Shown here: positions 51,701 to 64,000 of the stretch, one piece after another
Layout: every line of letters starts with the position of its first letter
Position numbering within the stretch: the stretch's first letter is position 1
Source: Octopus sinensis
Taxonomy: Eukaryota
Assembly: GCF_006345805.1 (NCBI RefSeq)
Contig: NC_043000.1
Location: 51,956,001-52,020,000, forward strand
Direction of reading: 5' to 3'
DNA length: 64,000 bases
Program-made: the position numbers and the translations under genes
Notes under the pieces: model-generated
What the model saw: the letters and a program-made list of their open reading frames with translations, nothing else
Told to the model about the DNA's origin: nothing
Databases searched by the model: none

Positions 51701-53264
51701 GTCATCAATGAGTCCAAATGGTAGATTGTATGCAAATGTTTATATATATATATATGTAACATGTCGCTTTGAGGCCCTAGATGCTCTTTATTAAACGGAT
51801 CATTGTCCACTCGGGCGGAGTTAGTGCTATTGCTCCTCATATTTAATGTTAAAAGGAAGTAAATTTTTGCATTTATGTGGAATGACTGGATTGCCGGGTA
51901 AAACAAATATAATACACTAAGCTACGCAATTATATAGTTATTACCCTTTGAAGTGTTGGAACACCTACACACTCCTCCACATATGCAAGGAAATGAAAGG
52001 AAATAAGACTCATAACGAACGAAATTATACATTTACGTGGAATATTTCGGCGTGATTTGTAGACATTGATTAGTACTAAAAGAAGCAATTATAACTATAC
52101 TATATAATGACTGTGTGATATTTGAATAACATACTTGGAAAAATGACAAAACTAATAACGATAAAAACGATTTTCATTTAGCAATATTAAGAGGAAAAAT
52201 AAACAAAAAATACTTTGAATATAATATATACGATTAATGCTTTAAAAGGGAAATGTTTGGTTGTAATAATAAATGAGAAAATCATTTAGCTTAATGATGC
52301 TATGGAACCATTTAGCGTAATGATTCTCTGCTAAAATTCATTACAAACGTGTATGTACTTTGATCTTTTGAGTATATATTCAATCATTATTTACGCCGCC
52401 GAGAGCTCTTGCCTTTGGAATGATATAAATAAATAACAATCATCTAATATTCAAAGTTAATTTGTAATAAATAAAAATCCAATATGATTAACATCCCATT
52501 ATATCAACATCGGATTATGCTTTCATGAGATATAATTTATAGATCTGCTGATATATATATATATATATATATATATACACCTTTATTGTTAACGTTTGCT
52601 AGGTATGAATTATATAGATTTTCATGGATCATTTGAGTCACCTGCGGTTTTTATTACAACATTCACAAACTATATCTACTCTAACAATAATATTCCTACC
52701 GAATAATATGGATATAAAAATAACAAGAAATAATAAGAAAAATCGCTTAGACATATGTGAAAATAAGAGAAAACCTTAGCTAACAAATGAAATTTGAAAA
52801 ATGATTTGTAAAGAGTTACACAGCATTTAAGCAGTAAAAAAGTTCTCATGAAATATATATTCTATAGAAGCATGTTCGAAGCTGATAACCCATTTGAAAA
52901 AGGATTTCTTCTATACGGGAAACATCGGCTATTGATACAATTGTACTTATCTTCTATAAATTGGTATAAATTTCAAAATATAACAACAGCAAAACACTCA
53001 AATAAAAACAAAGTACGGGTGACTTTTCTTTTTTTTTTTTGCGATCGTATGCATTGTTTACACTTACATTGTGTATCTGACAAACCAAATTTCGATTCTG
53101 TATTTACGCTATTTCCAAGATATAAAACTAATTTTATATATTCGATCCTATCTTATATCCCCACCATGTGCGCGTACACGAAAGTACCTGTGTACTCGCA
53201 GACACGTACATATATAGGATTAGTGGGGGAAAAACTCAGGATATATAAAGAAATCAATACATAT

Positions 53265-53335
<71 letters not shown>

Positions 53336-54276
53336 TAAGTATATATACACACATACATATATATATATATGAAACATCATATATATATATTATATGTAAT
53401 ATATAATAATACAACATGATATACTATATACATTTAATTAACAAAAAGGTTACAATATTTTCTGTCGATTTATACATACATAGATATATGCATACACACG
53501 CGTGTGTGCATACACGCCTACACACGCGTTTACGCGCGCATGCACAGATGCCTTTGTGTGAAAGTATTTCAATATATATAAGTTTGTGTATATGAATGTA
53601 TTTCGTTAGTATTTCCTACATCAACATAAAGTTTGCAATTCATGCCGAAGTCATATACATGAATATATTTCATATTTCAATACAGGCCTTTAATTTTATG
53701 ACACAGTTTTCCATCTCTCTACATATTTTGTTAAAGTGGTAATCCATTTGAAGAAATTAAAATAAGAAAATGAACCCCGAAGCAGTTATCTGTATGAGTA
53801 CGCGGTAAAACTAATGCTTTACACTTATATGTCTTCTACACAGATATAACATTTGGTTTGTCAAACACTCATAGAAGGTTTAGTTTTTGTTGAAGCTCAT
53901 ATCATATAACATAGGATGATTGAAGTCAAAACAAGAGGATTAATGGATAATCTTAACTCTCACAATATAGCAACATTTCTCATGGCACCAGTAGACATAA
54001 TGAAAAAGACCCGGAGGATAGCGAGGGAGATGCGTTGGAACTGCCACTCTGACTCGCGACACACACACACACAGACACACACACACACACACGCGCGCGC
54101 GCACGCACGCACGCACACGTGCACTTGCGGACAGCAATCTCTGACCCGATAGCGCTGAGCACGGGTATGGTCCGGGGAGCCAAAATGCCGGAGCTTTCAA
54201 CTGCCACAAGGTCGACCGTAAACTTGTCGGAGTGCGACTGATTGCAGGTTTCATGTTCTCGTTGAACTTTGCGAAT

Positions 54277-54673
54277 TCTTTATATATAAAAGTAAGGTTG
54301 TGTGTCTGTCTCCTACGATTTAGATTCCTAACTACTCCCACATTTTGCGGTGCAGTTTAACCAAAACCGGGTATCTTATAGTCATGATTCATATCGAGCC
54401 CTTCTGGGTATTAGCGCGCGTCTATGATGAGTCTACGATTAAAAAAAAAATTACCATCATTTTTTTCCATTTTAATGCATTTTATTCGCTATTATATAAG
54501 GGAAGTAACTCTCTAAAAATGTCTACGATGAGTCAACGATTTAAAAAAAAATTTACCATAATTTTTTTTCCATTTTTAATGCATTTTTTGCTATTTTTTG
54601 GCTATAACTATCTAAAAATGCTTATATAGTTATTTCCCTTACAAACCCGAGCAACGCCGGGCGATACTGCTAG
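54277..54673 (+). mobile_element. Non-autonomous Helitron
   Basis: 5' TC, 3' hairpin cccgagcaacgccggg plus CTAG|t; internal imperfect direct duplication of about 110 bp period. Confidence 0.8.
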
Positions 54674-54968
54674 TAAATATATATATTTACTGTTCCATAT
54701 ATTGCTTTCGCAAATACTCGATCATACAGTCTGTATCAACAGATTGTGCAGGAGTGAGTCGAACATCTATGAGAAATATCTGGAAATTGCCGAGGCATTG
54801 GCTTTGGTTGCTGAAGGATTGAAGTTTTTGGGGACGACGAAGAAAGTGATATTTGCCGTGACCTTTAGTCCATCAGTGCCCTTCAGTCTCAAGAATGCCA
54901 CCGAATTAATGAATGATCAAGCGCAAAAATGACACTCGCATGCGCATGCGCGCACACGTATAAAATGA

Positions 54969-55367
54969 TACTCTTTTACTCTTTTACTTGTTCCAATCAT
55001 TTGAATGCGGCCATGCTGGAGCACCACCTTTAGTCGAAAAAATAGGCCCCAGGACTTATTCTTTGTAAGCCTAGTACTTATTCTATCGGCGTCTTTTGTC
55101 GAACCGCTAAGTTACGGGGACGTAAACACACCAGCATCGGTTGCCAAGCGATGTTGGGGGACAAACACAGACACACAAACATCATACACACACATATATA
55201 TATATACACATATACGACGGGCTTCTTTCAGTTTCCGTCTACCAAATCCACTCACAAGGTTTTGGTCGGCCCGAGGCTATAGTAGAAGACACTTGCCCAA
55301 GGTGCCACGCAGTGGGACTGAGCCCGGAACCATATGGTTGTAAGCAAGCTACTTACCACACAGCCAC
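54969..55367 (-). mobile_element. SINE family A, full-length
   Basis: Reverse complement of the 2435 consensus. Confidence 0.88.
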
Positions 55368-55419
55368 AAAAATATTACTTTATATATTGCATATATTTTT
55401 AGAAAGTATTATGTTTCTT

Positions 55420-56018
55420 TTTTAGTCATGGACTCTATAACTAAATTGTTGATTACAAACAAGAGTTCATCAGAATTCAGTAGAGCACTTTATACTTGGT
55501 TTTATAGTTGTGCATGGTGAACAAGCATCATTCTGTTATTACGTCAGTTATTATTATACCAATGAATCAATGAAATGTGGGCGTCTCGTGGCGTATTTGA
55601 AGGCTAAACATAGCATTCATGTAAATTTAAAGGGGAAATATTATAAATCAGTAAAAGAGAATTTTGAAAATAGATCAATAATCGAATCATTGTTCTTTGT
55701 ACAAACTGCAAATATTGTATGTTTAAAGAGAGATAAAATGTATCTCTGCTGAGAGGAAAAGCTTGCAAAAAAAGATTCAAGCTATTTATGGGAGTTTTGT
55801 TAAGACAACCATGTACACTCGGTGAACATAAGCCTGGAAAAGGGTGACATCGATGTGAAAGACATGCAGCTGTGGAACTATACACTTTATAGCAGAGTAG
55901 ATGAGATTGGCAGAGGTGCCGAAGCACAATATAAATGAATCTATAGTGTATGTGTGAGAAAGAGGGATGAGAGAGAATGCGGTTCGGAGAGAAAGAAGGA
56001 AAGAGAGAAAGATACACT

Positions 56019-56053
<35 letters not shown>

Positions 56054-56720
56054 ACATATATAGAGAGAGTTAAGCCCTGTTATGAGCATATATCAGATAT
56101 AGCGAATATGAAAAAGTTTCTTTGAAATGTTGTTCTGCGTGTAATTATAAAAGACCACTGCTGCTTTAGTCTTTTTAATACAATTAAAAACTATTTAAAT
56201 GGATATAGAATATTAAGAGGAAATATTGTATCTTGTACAGCAAATGGCATCTCTACTCTGACTGATAAGAAAAAAATGGGTGTTTAAAATTAATGAAGAA
56301 TAAGAATTCAGAAATGTTCCTCGTGTTCTGTAGTATTCATCAGGAAAACTTTGTTGAAAGTTTCGCCCAAAATATTACACTCGTTTTAAGGTCATAATAA
56401 AATGTAATAACTCTGTGAAAGCTAATTCTAAATATGAGCTCCTTTTAAAGAGTTTTGTGAGGATATAAAAGCAGATAATGGAAGATTATTGCTTTAAACT
56501 GATGTAAAGTGGTTGTTCGAAGAGCAATGCTTCAAAAGGTTTATGGAAATATTTGATATATCAAATGAAGATTTAAAGGTAAAACTTGAAAAGAAGATCC
56601 TGTGAACAGTTGATGAGCAAAAGATTATTTGGCACAATTTATTAGAAAAATTGGATGTATGAAATAAGTAATTACAAGAGGCAAATAAAAATCGCTGATT
56701 CATTGTGAAAAAAAATTTGG
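55420..56720 (+). mobile_element. hAT (Buster/ZBED8-like) transposase remnant
   Basis: NESMK..RL..YLKAKH (BED-like), CSIHQE (CIIHQE motif), LLL*TDVKWL (HTEVRWLS motif). Confidence 0.75.
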
Positions 56721-56849
56721 CCTCATTATATATCTAGAAGAGCATGAAAAGATTCTCTTTGCAAGAAGATGTAATATACCTTTACATACACACATATGTC
56801 TGTGTGTATGCAGGCTTTTGTATGTGTGTGTGCGTGTGCTTTTGTGTGT

Positions 56850-57009
56850 GTATATATGACTGTTGTATATAAGAAGCTTGTTTCTCGATCATGTGCTCTT
56901 GGACTCAGTCTCATTCGTGGCACCTTGTTCAAGTGTTTTCTACTGCAGACTCAGGCCAACCAGATCCTTCTCGGGGATTTGGTTGACGGAAACACAAATA
57001 CACCCATCG

Positions 57010-57010
<1 letters not shown>
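56850..57010 (+). mobile_element. SINE family A 5' half
   Basis: cgtggcaccttgttcaagtg...ggatttggttgacggaaac. Confidence 0.65.
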
Positions 57011-57042
<32 letters not shown>

Positions 57043-57075
57043 TTATACACACACACACACAAACACAGACATATA

Positions 57076-57294
57076 TGAGGGGGTACTGAAAAGTTCTTGG
57101 TTTTAAGGCAATCGTGAAAGGCCTGGTTGGAGGTTCAAACTTTCGATTTCACTTATAGTGGTTAGAAAAGCTGAAAGACCGCAGCAATAAGTGTATGAAT
57201 AATCTGAGAATGGAATATGTTGGATAAAATCGTAATTAACTGATCCTACTGTATTTTCTCTTACCCAAAGCCAGGTACTTTTCAGTAGTCCTCG
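57076..57294. mobile_element. Mariner-type MITE
   Basis: ta-tgagggggtactgaaaagttc ... tacttttcagtagtcctcg-ta; TIR resembles the 50400 end. Confidence 0.75.
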
Positions 57295-57299
57295 TATGT

Positions 57300-58239
57300 G
57301 GGTATATATAGTATATGTATATATATGTATATATATATATGTGTGTGTATATATACTATATGTATATATATTGTATATATATTATATGTATATATATTGT
57401 ATATATATATATATATATACTATATAATATATGTGTATATATATATATATATATACATATATAATATGTATATATATAATATATACATATATAATATATG
57501 TATATATATTATATATAATATATATATACATATATAATATAGTATATATATCATATACATATAAATATATATATACATATATGTATATATATACATATAT
57601 AATACATACATACATATATGTATATATATACATATACATATATAATATATATATACATATATGTATATATATACATATATAATACATACATACATATATG
57701 TATATATATACATATATAATACATACATACATATACATATATAATATATATATACATATATGTATATATATACATATATAATACATACATACATATATGT
57801 ATATATATACATATATAATACATACATACATATACATATATAATATATATATACATATATGTATATATATACATATATAATACATACATACATATATGTA
57901 TATATATATACATATATAATACATACATACATATATGTATATATATACATATATAATACATAATACATATAGATATATATATACATATATAATACATACA
58001 TACATATCGATATATATTATAATATAATATCTAAATATAATATATATCTATATATACATACATACATACACATATATATATATATATAATATATAAATAT
58101 AATATATATATACATACATACATACATATATATAATATATAATATATACATACATACATACATATTATATATATATATATATATACATACATACATATAT
58201 ATAATATATATATATATACATACATACATACATATATAT

Positions 58240-58273
<34 letters not shown>

Positions 58274-58500
58274 ATATATAATATATATATATATATACAT
58301 ACATACATACAAATATATAATATTATATATATATATATAATATATATATATAGATATATATATACATACATACATACATACATGCATATATAATGCATAT
58401 ATATATATATTATATAAATTATTATATATATAATATATAATATAACATACATACATACATGCATATATAATGCATATATATATATAATATATATATATTG
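57300..58500. repeat. 1.2 kb (TA)/(TACA) satellite with internal higher-order periodicity
   Basis: Directly visible; tatacatatataatacatacatacat recurs. Confidence 0.95.
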
Positions 58501-58530
58501 ATCAAAATAAAACATGATGCGAAGGATTCA

Positions 58531-58612
58531 GCGCGGTACATATGTTTCGGGCCTTTATTAGACAGATTTATAACAATGCATAATGTTTGTCTGTGGCCTT
58601 CTTCAGCCGCGC
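58531..58612 (-). ncRNA. Type I hammerhead ribozyme at the PLE 3' end
   Basis: Stem I GCGCGG/CCGCGC, CUGAAGA, GGCC/GGCC stem II with long insert, GAAA, palindromic ACAUAUGU, GUA site. One irregularity at the 10.1/11.1 pair. Confidence 0.8.
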
Positions 58613-60575
58613 ACAACAGCTTCCACAAGGACATGTGTTACATCAAAAATTCTTGGTTGGGGATGCAAATCCTCTCATTCGCGTACGACATAATGTGGCA
58701 GCAGCATAGAATTGAAGCGTCCATCTCTTTCTTCTCTCAATGTAGAATGAGGAAATTTGGATGTTGAAGTAATGTAAATAAATAAATACATATATAGACG
58801 TGAAGATGGAGGGGCAAGAATTCAGGACGAGGGATAAAAAATGTATAAAAAGTGTAAGTATAGAAAAATATAAAAATGTAGAGTATAAAGATATAAAGGG
58901 ATATAAGGAGATGTAAAGGGGGTATAAAGAATATAAATAAATATAAATAAATGTAAAAGCATAAGGTTATAAAGTAAAAATAGAAATAGAAATAAAAGTA
59001 AAAAGTAAAAAAATAAAAGTAGGAATAAACATGATAAAAATGTAAAAAAATATAAAGATAAGGGATGTATAGAGGTTACGGACCAAACATCGTGGTCAGG
59101 AGATTGATAAAATTTAGTTGTAGAAGTTTTGGGTGTCAATAAATCAACAGTTTCGTCTGGGGACCTAATGTGTTGTAAATCAGAGCTGTTGAGCGTTTAA
59201 TCTGGTTCTTTGAATTAATTGGTCATCTAGTACATACATACCATCATGGATACATACACCCATATACACGCGTACATATACGCCTCCAAGCCTATAAGCA
59301 TACACACGCACTCGCGTGTAAACATGTACATAAACACACACACACACCCACACGCACGCGCGTACATATACATACACACAACAGAATATCCGCATGTATA
59401 CACGGACATTATATGTGTACACACCCATATGTACATACGTGCGCCCATCCCTACATACACATACGCATATGCCCACGCTTCCAGGTTTAGATATAAGATA
59501 TTAAAGGATGTATATAAGAACGTATGTAAAGAATCACGCACTCACGTCTACACGTGCACGCAACACCGCTGTGTGTCCATATGTGCGTGCACATATACAC
59601 TTACATACACACACAGAGGCATACGCGCATATGGGTATAGCTATAAGATATTAAAGATGTATACAAATAGGTGTAAACATATGAATAAGAAAACATGTAA
59701 AAAAAGAAATACGGGGTATGTACATCCAGACGTAGGTTTACTCATACATATGTACATATATGTATACGTATACATACGTACACGGACGCTCGTATAATCA
59801 TAAAGTGGATCCATAGGTAAGTAAATAGGGATAAGCAAAAAAAATAGACATATATAGAGATATAAAGCGATAAGTTAGGGGTAAGAATGAGGGTAAGGGT
59901 AAAAATTAGAAATAAAAGTAAGAAATACAGTATAAAATAAGAAATACAATGTAAAATTAGAAATGAATATAAGAATTATAAAAATTATAAGAGTTAATGT
60001 AAGGGATGAAAATAAAAATGAGAATAAATCGAAGTAGAATAAAAGTAAAAATAAAAATAAAAATAAAATAAAATAAAATAAAATAAAAATATATTTGGTA
60101 AAGTTTAACATGAGATGAACGTGGTTGAAAGTTAGAGGTGTGTGTTAAGGTGCCCACGTAGGGGCGGGCGGGGGGAACTGAAAATTGGAGGGTGGGAAGT
60201 GGAGTTTGGCGGTGTGCGTTCAACATCCGAGTTAGAATGTGAAAGGGTATAGATAAGGGAAATAAAGAGACTATATAGGAAGGATATGGGTGTAGGAGAA
60301 GAAATATGCAGGGAAAAGAAGTCATATATGGGAGACAAAATTTGTATATATAGGAGGAAAATGCATGGAAACATATATGCACATACACACACCCACACAC
60401 ACACACACACACGCACATATATATATATATATACATATACGTACACATATGTGCACATACATATATATACGCACACATATACGCATATACACGCACATAT
60501 AGGAAAGCGGGATGTGCTGGAGCCGACAGGTTGCACCGGGTGGGAGGAAATTGCATGGGGGAGTTGGTATAAGAC

Positions 60576-61007
60576 CTAAGCATTGTAGTATTTGAAAGTA
60601 TTAATAAGTTTGTGTATACAGGATGGTTTGAACTCTGACCTTTTGTTAATAAGATTGTGTTTGTCTTTGAATTTCAAGATGCTCAGGAGTTCTACACAAC
60701 ATAGTTGGCATCCTGCTCTATTATTTAAATAAGGTGCAGCTGATCCGATGATGGACCACCTGAGTTTGAAGCCTATGCATTTGTCTTTTAATTCCCAAAT
60801 TCTTTTAGAAAGGGAGGTGCTGTTAGCCTTATGTCTGTGTTTCAGCGAGGACCGGTGGTTGTAGTATCTGATTTTCCAGGAGGTTGAGCAACCTAAGTAG
60901 GTGAGTGTGTTAAACTGGGTACTCACCTCACATGAATATATTACGTTTTTCGCCCTACATGCGCCCTGTAGCGGGCACTCTGATGCACATCTGCAGTTGC
61001 ATTGCAT
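60576..61007 (-). CDS. PLE GIY-YIG endonuclease domain (frameshifted from upstream ORF)
   Basis: CNCRCASECPLQGAC (CxCx5C), VIY...YLG, RYYNH, NSTSLSKRIWELK, CQLCCVE (CxxCxxE), LINKRSE. Confidence 0.9.
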   Translation of the reverse strand: MQCNCRCASECPLQGACRAKNVIYSCEVSTQFNTLTYLGCSTSWKIRYYNHRSSLKHRHKANSTSLSKRIWELKDKCIGFKLRWSIIGSAAPYLNNRAGCQLCCVELLSILKFKDKHNLINKRSEFKPSCIHKLINTFKYYNA

Positions 61008-61029
61008 TGCATTATTCGGTCGTGTGCTG

Positions 61030-61700
61030 CTAATCCAGGCGGAGGTGTTGCAATACGAGTGGGGGCGTTGATATCCTCCTGGTTGTTGATGGGTGTAGTA
61101 TTCCTCTGTTGTGTTGGCGGGTGTTATTACTAACTGTTTGGGTAGTATGGCTGCCAGTCTGGTTATATTGTCTACTATCTAGATGAGGGGGGTTCTGTTG
61201 GTCGCTATAGTTTGCTCTTGATCTAGCTGTTCTAATATTAATATAGTTATGTTTAGCTATGAGGCAGCTCATGTTGGGCAGGGTAGAGTAGGAAATCCTA
61301 ATGGTTTTGTTGGAGAAGATACTTCTATACTTATGGGTGGGTGGGAAGTTGTTGGAAATGATAGAGAATATTCTCTTACATAACTTACCCCTAACTGCTA
61401 AGTTGTAAGGTATATTGAACCATATATATTTGCGTAATCTACTATTATCCCTTCTATTTCTCCTAATAGGATCTATATTGCTCTCGTCGGGAGGGTTATT
61501 ATTGTGTGCTATTCTGTTAGTTCGCCTATTTCCTATACGTTGTTTGGAGTTTAAATTAGAATTATCGCTAGTGTGAGTTGAGTGCTGAGTTCGATTATAA
61601 TTGGGAGTTTTATGGCCGACGGACGCTCCCGGGTGGTCTACATATGATATTCTCTGGTTATACCCGACACTATAGAGAGCCTGGTTGTAGTGTTGTGCGT
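61030..61700 (-). CDS. PLE RT C-terminal/thumb and linker region
   Basis: YNQALYSVGY, RKYIWFNIPY, NNFPPTHKYRSIFSNKTIRISYSTLPNM..IAKHN. Confidence 0.85.
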
Positions 61701-62660
61701 GATTATGCACACACACATGTTTGTGTATGTATGTGTGTATGTAAAGCTATATTACATTCTTGGCAATGACTTTTCTCGTGTAACGCGGATGCAGCTATGT
61801 GATATGTGTTATATATGTATAAATATTGTATATATATATATATTATATGTGTATATATATCTATATATTGTGTATATATATATATATATATATATAGATA
61901 TTGTATATATATATATATGGTGTATATATATATGGTGTATATATATATATATGGTGTATATATATATGGTGTATATATATATATATATGGTGTGTATATA
62001 TATATATATATATATATATGGGAGTATCTTGTATACATTGCACAACCCGAACGTTTATATACTTTAAATAATAATTTTGTGAGTATTCCTATATTTTTCA
62101 AATTTTAATTCCTTATAATCAAATAAGAAGAAATATACTATAGTAGCTTTCAATTTAACATTCATAGATGACTAAAAAACTTCACTACACACTTGAAATT
62201 GGAATTTTTTTCTAAAATTAATCTAGCTTCAAAATTAATAAGGCTTTCCCCCAGTTAAAAAATACTATACCTACTCATAATAATAAATGATATGTTTTCT
62301 CCCCCTTTTTTTCTCTAAATTACACTCCCTGTGAATGGGATTAGAACCATTTGACATTGACCTAGTTTCTCTCATCAAATAGCAGTAATTGGCATTTATT
62401 AGTGGCAATTGCTGTCTTCAACATGAAATCCTTTTATGGAGTTCTGAAACCACCTTTACCCCATTTCTACAATTAAAAATCTTTATTGCTTCTAGCCTTA
62501 CAGCAGTTAGGAACAACCATATCTTAGTCAGTCAGTGGAAGGACTTCACTACTTCATATGTTCTTAAAATTTAAATCCACATCTTTGTCTGTATATCTAC
62601 CTGCTCTATAATGTTGCCACTTGATTTGAAAATTTTTGTATTAATGGAAAGCCTCCATAA

Positions 62661-62746
62661 TTGGCTGATGAGTACTCAGCATCTTAAATCTGTTGTAATG
62701 CTTACAACATTTAATAAAATGATGTATTACGAAACGATCGTACCAA
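62661..62746 (+). ncRNA. Apparently intact type I hammerhead ribozyme with extended stem II
   Basis: UUGG-CUGAUGA-GUA...UAC-GAAA-CGAUCG-UA-CCAA; stacked helices GCAUC/GAUGU, UUAAAU/AUUUAA and GUUGUAA/UUACAAC. Confidence 0.85.
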
Positions 62747-62884
62747 ATTACCGGAGTCATTCATTCTTGTTGCTTATTTTGATTATAATCACCCCACATA
62801 TTTTTATGGATAACACCATACAAAATTCTGGTGCATCTAAATAAAGTACCATATTCATTTGAATCTAAATTTTTGCTGAACTTA

Positions 62885-62889
62885 TATAG

Positions 62890-62975
<86 letters not shown>

Positions 62976-63289
62976 TATATGTATATATATGTATGTATAT
63001 ATGTGATATGTATATATGTATATGTATATGTATATTATATATCTGTATATATATATAATGTATATATAATATATGTATATATAATATATGTATATATAAT
63101 ATATGTATATATAATATATGTATATATGTATATGTATATATATATATGTATATATATATGTATATATATATGTATATATATATGTATATATATATGTATA
63201 TGTATATAATGTATATATATATATATATATGTATATGTATATATATATGTATATATATTATATATATGTATTATGTATGTATATATATA

Positions 63290-63341
<52 letters not shown>

Positions 63342-63405
63342 CTATGTATATATATGTAAATATATTATATGTATATATATTATATATGTATATATATATA
63401 TATTC
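62885..63405. repeat. (TA)/(TG) microsatellite
   Basis: Directly visible. Confidence 0.95.
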
Positions 63406-63409
63406 TGTT

Positions 63410-63821
63410 TTTTACTTGTTTGAGTCATTTGACTGCGGCCATGCAGGAGCACCACCTTTTAGTCGAGCAAATCGACCCCTGGACTTGTTCTTTGTAAGCC
63501 TAGTATTTATTCTATCGGTATCTTTTTGTCGAACTGCTAGATTACGCGGACGTAAACACATCAGCATGGAGTGTAAAGCAATGTTAGGGAGCCGGGAACA
63601 AACACAGACACACAAACACACACATACGCACACACACATACGCACGCGCGCACATATATATATTATGACGGCCTTCTTTCAGTTTCTGTCTACCAAATCC
63701 ACTCACAAGGTTTTGGTCGGTCCGTAGCTATGTTAGAGGACACCTGCCCAAGGTGCAACCAAGTGGGATTGAACCCGGAATTATGTGGTTGGTAAGCAAG
63801 CTACTTACCACACAACCACTC
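63410..63821 (-). mobile_element. SINE family A, full-length
   Basis: Reverse complement of the 2435 consensus. Confidence 0.85.
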
Positions 63822-63943
63822 ATATTGTGTGTATATATCTATATCTATATCTATCTATATATATATATATTGGTTATATATATATTTATTATATGTATAT
63901 ATTTATTGTTTATATCTATTATATATGTAAATATACATTGTAC

Positions 63944-63977
<34 letters not shown>

Positions 63978-64000
63978 TGTATATATATGTATTTATATAT

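Larger units (their letters stand above)
58500..61700 (-). mobile_element. 5'-truncated Penelope-like element (Naiad-like): RT thumb, GIY-YIG, about 2 kb tail, terminal hammerhead
   Basis: Two ORFs with PLE motifs, terminal HHR at 58531-58612, both ends in microsatellites. Confidence 0.88.

Noticed and set aside
56330-56372. GAAA-hairpin-CUGAUGA on the - strand suggesting a type II hammerhead
   Set aside because: No room for stem I, and the sequence is the CSIHQE codon stretch of the hAT transposase.
1853-63727. Dozens of ORFs rich in YI/HT/CV/RE repeats
   Set aside because: They are translations of (TA)n, (CA)n and (GA)n microsatellites, which lack stops in some frames.

Overview
AT-rich, microsatellite-dense animal genomic DNA. 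The SINE families and (TA)n/(CA)n density suggest an octopus or other cephalopod; this is inferred, not searched. Almost all listed ORFs are microsatellite artefacts. The recognisable coding content is transposon-derived: a CR1/L2-group LINE (1-2087, -), Penelope-like elements (RT remnant 5400-5660; a 5'-truncated RT-thumb + GIY-YIG copy with Naiad-like cysteine motifs at 58500-61700, -), a Gypsy LTR element lacking RT/RNase H (24445-26930, -), Tc1 DD34E, mariner, maT/rosa, hAT, Chapaev-like and Helitron remnants, MITEs, and three tRNA-derived SINE families. One CpG-rich island (about 19560-19900) holds a probable first coding exon of a host gene on the - strand. The most interesting signal is about ten minimal type I hammerhead ribozyme motifs from several unrelated sequence families. 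Several have self-complementary (dimer-type) stem III and long stem II inserts. Only one (58531) sits on a coding element in this window; the rest are in short non-coding modules. The 62661-62746 copy folds as fully intact.
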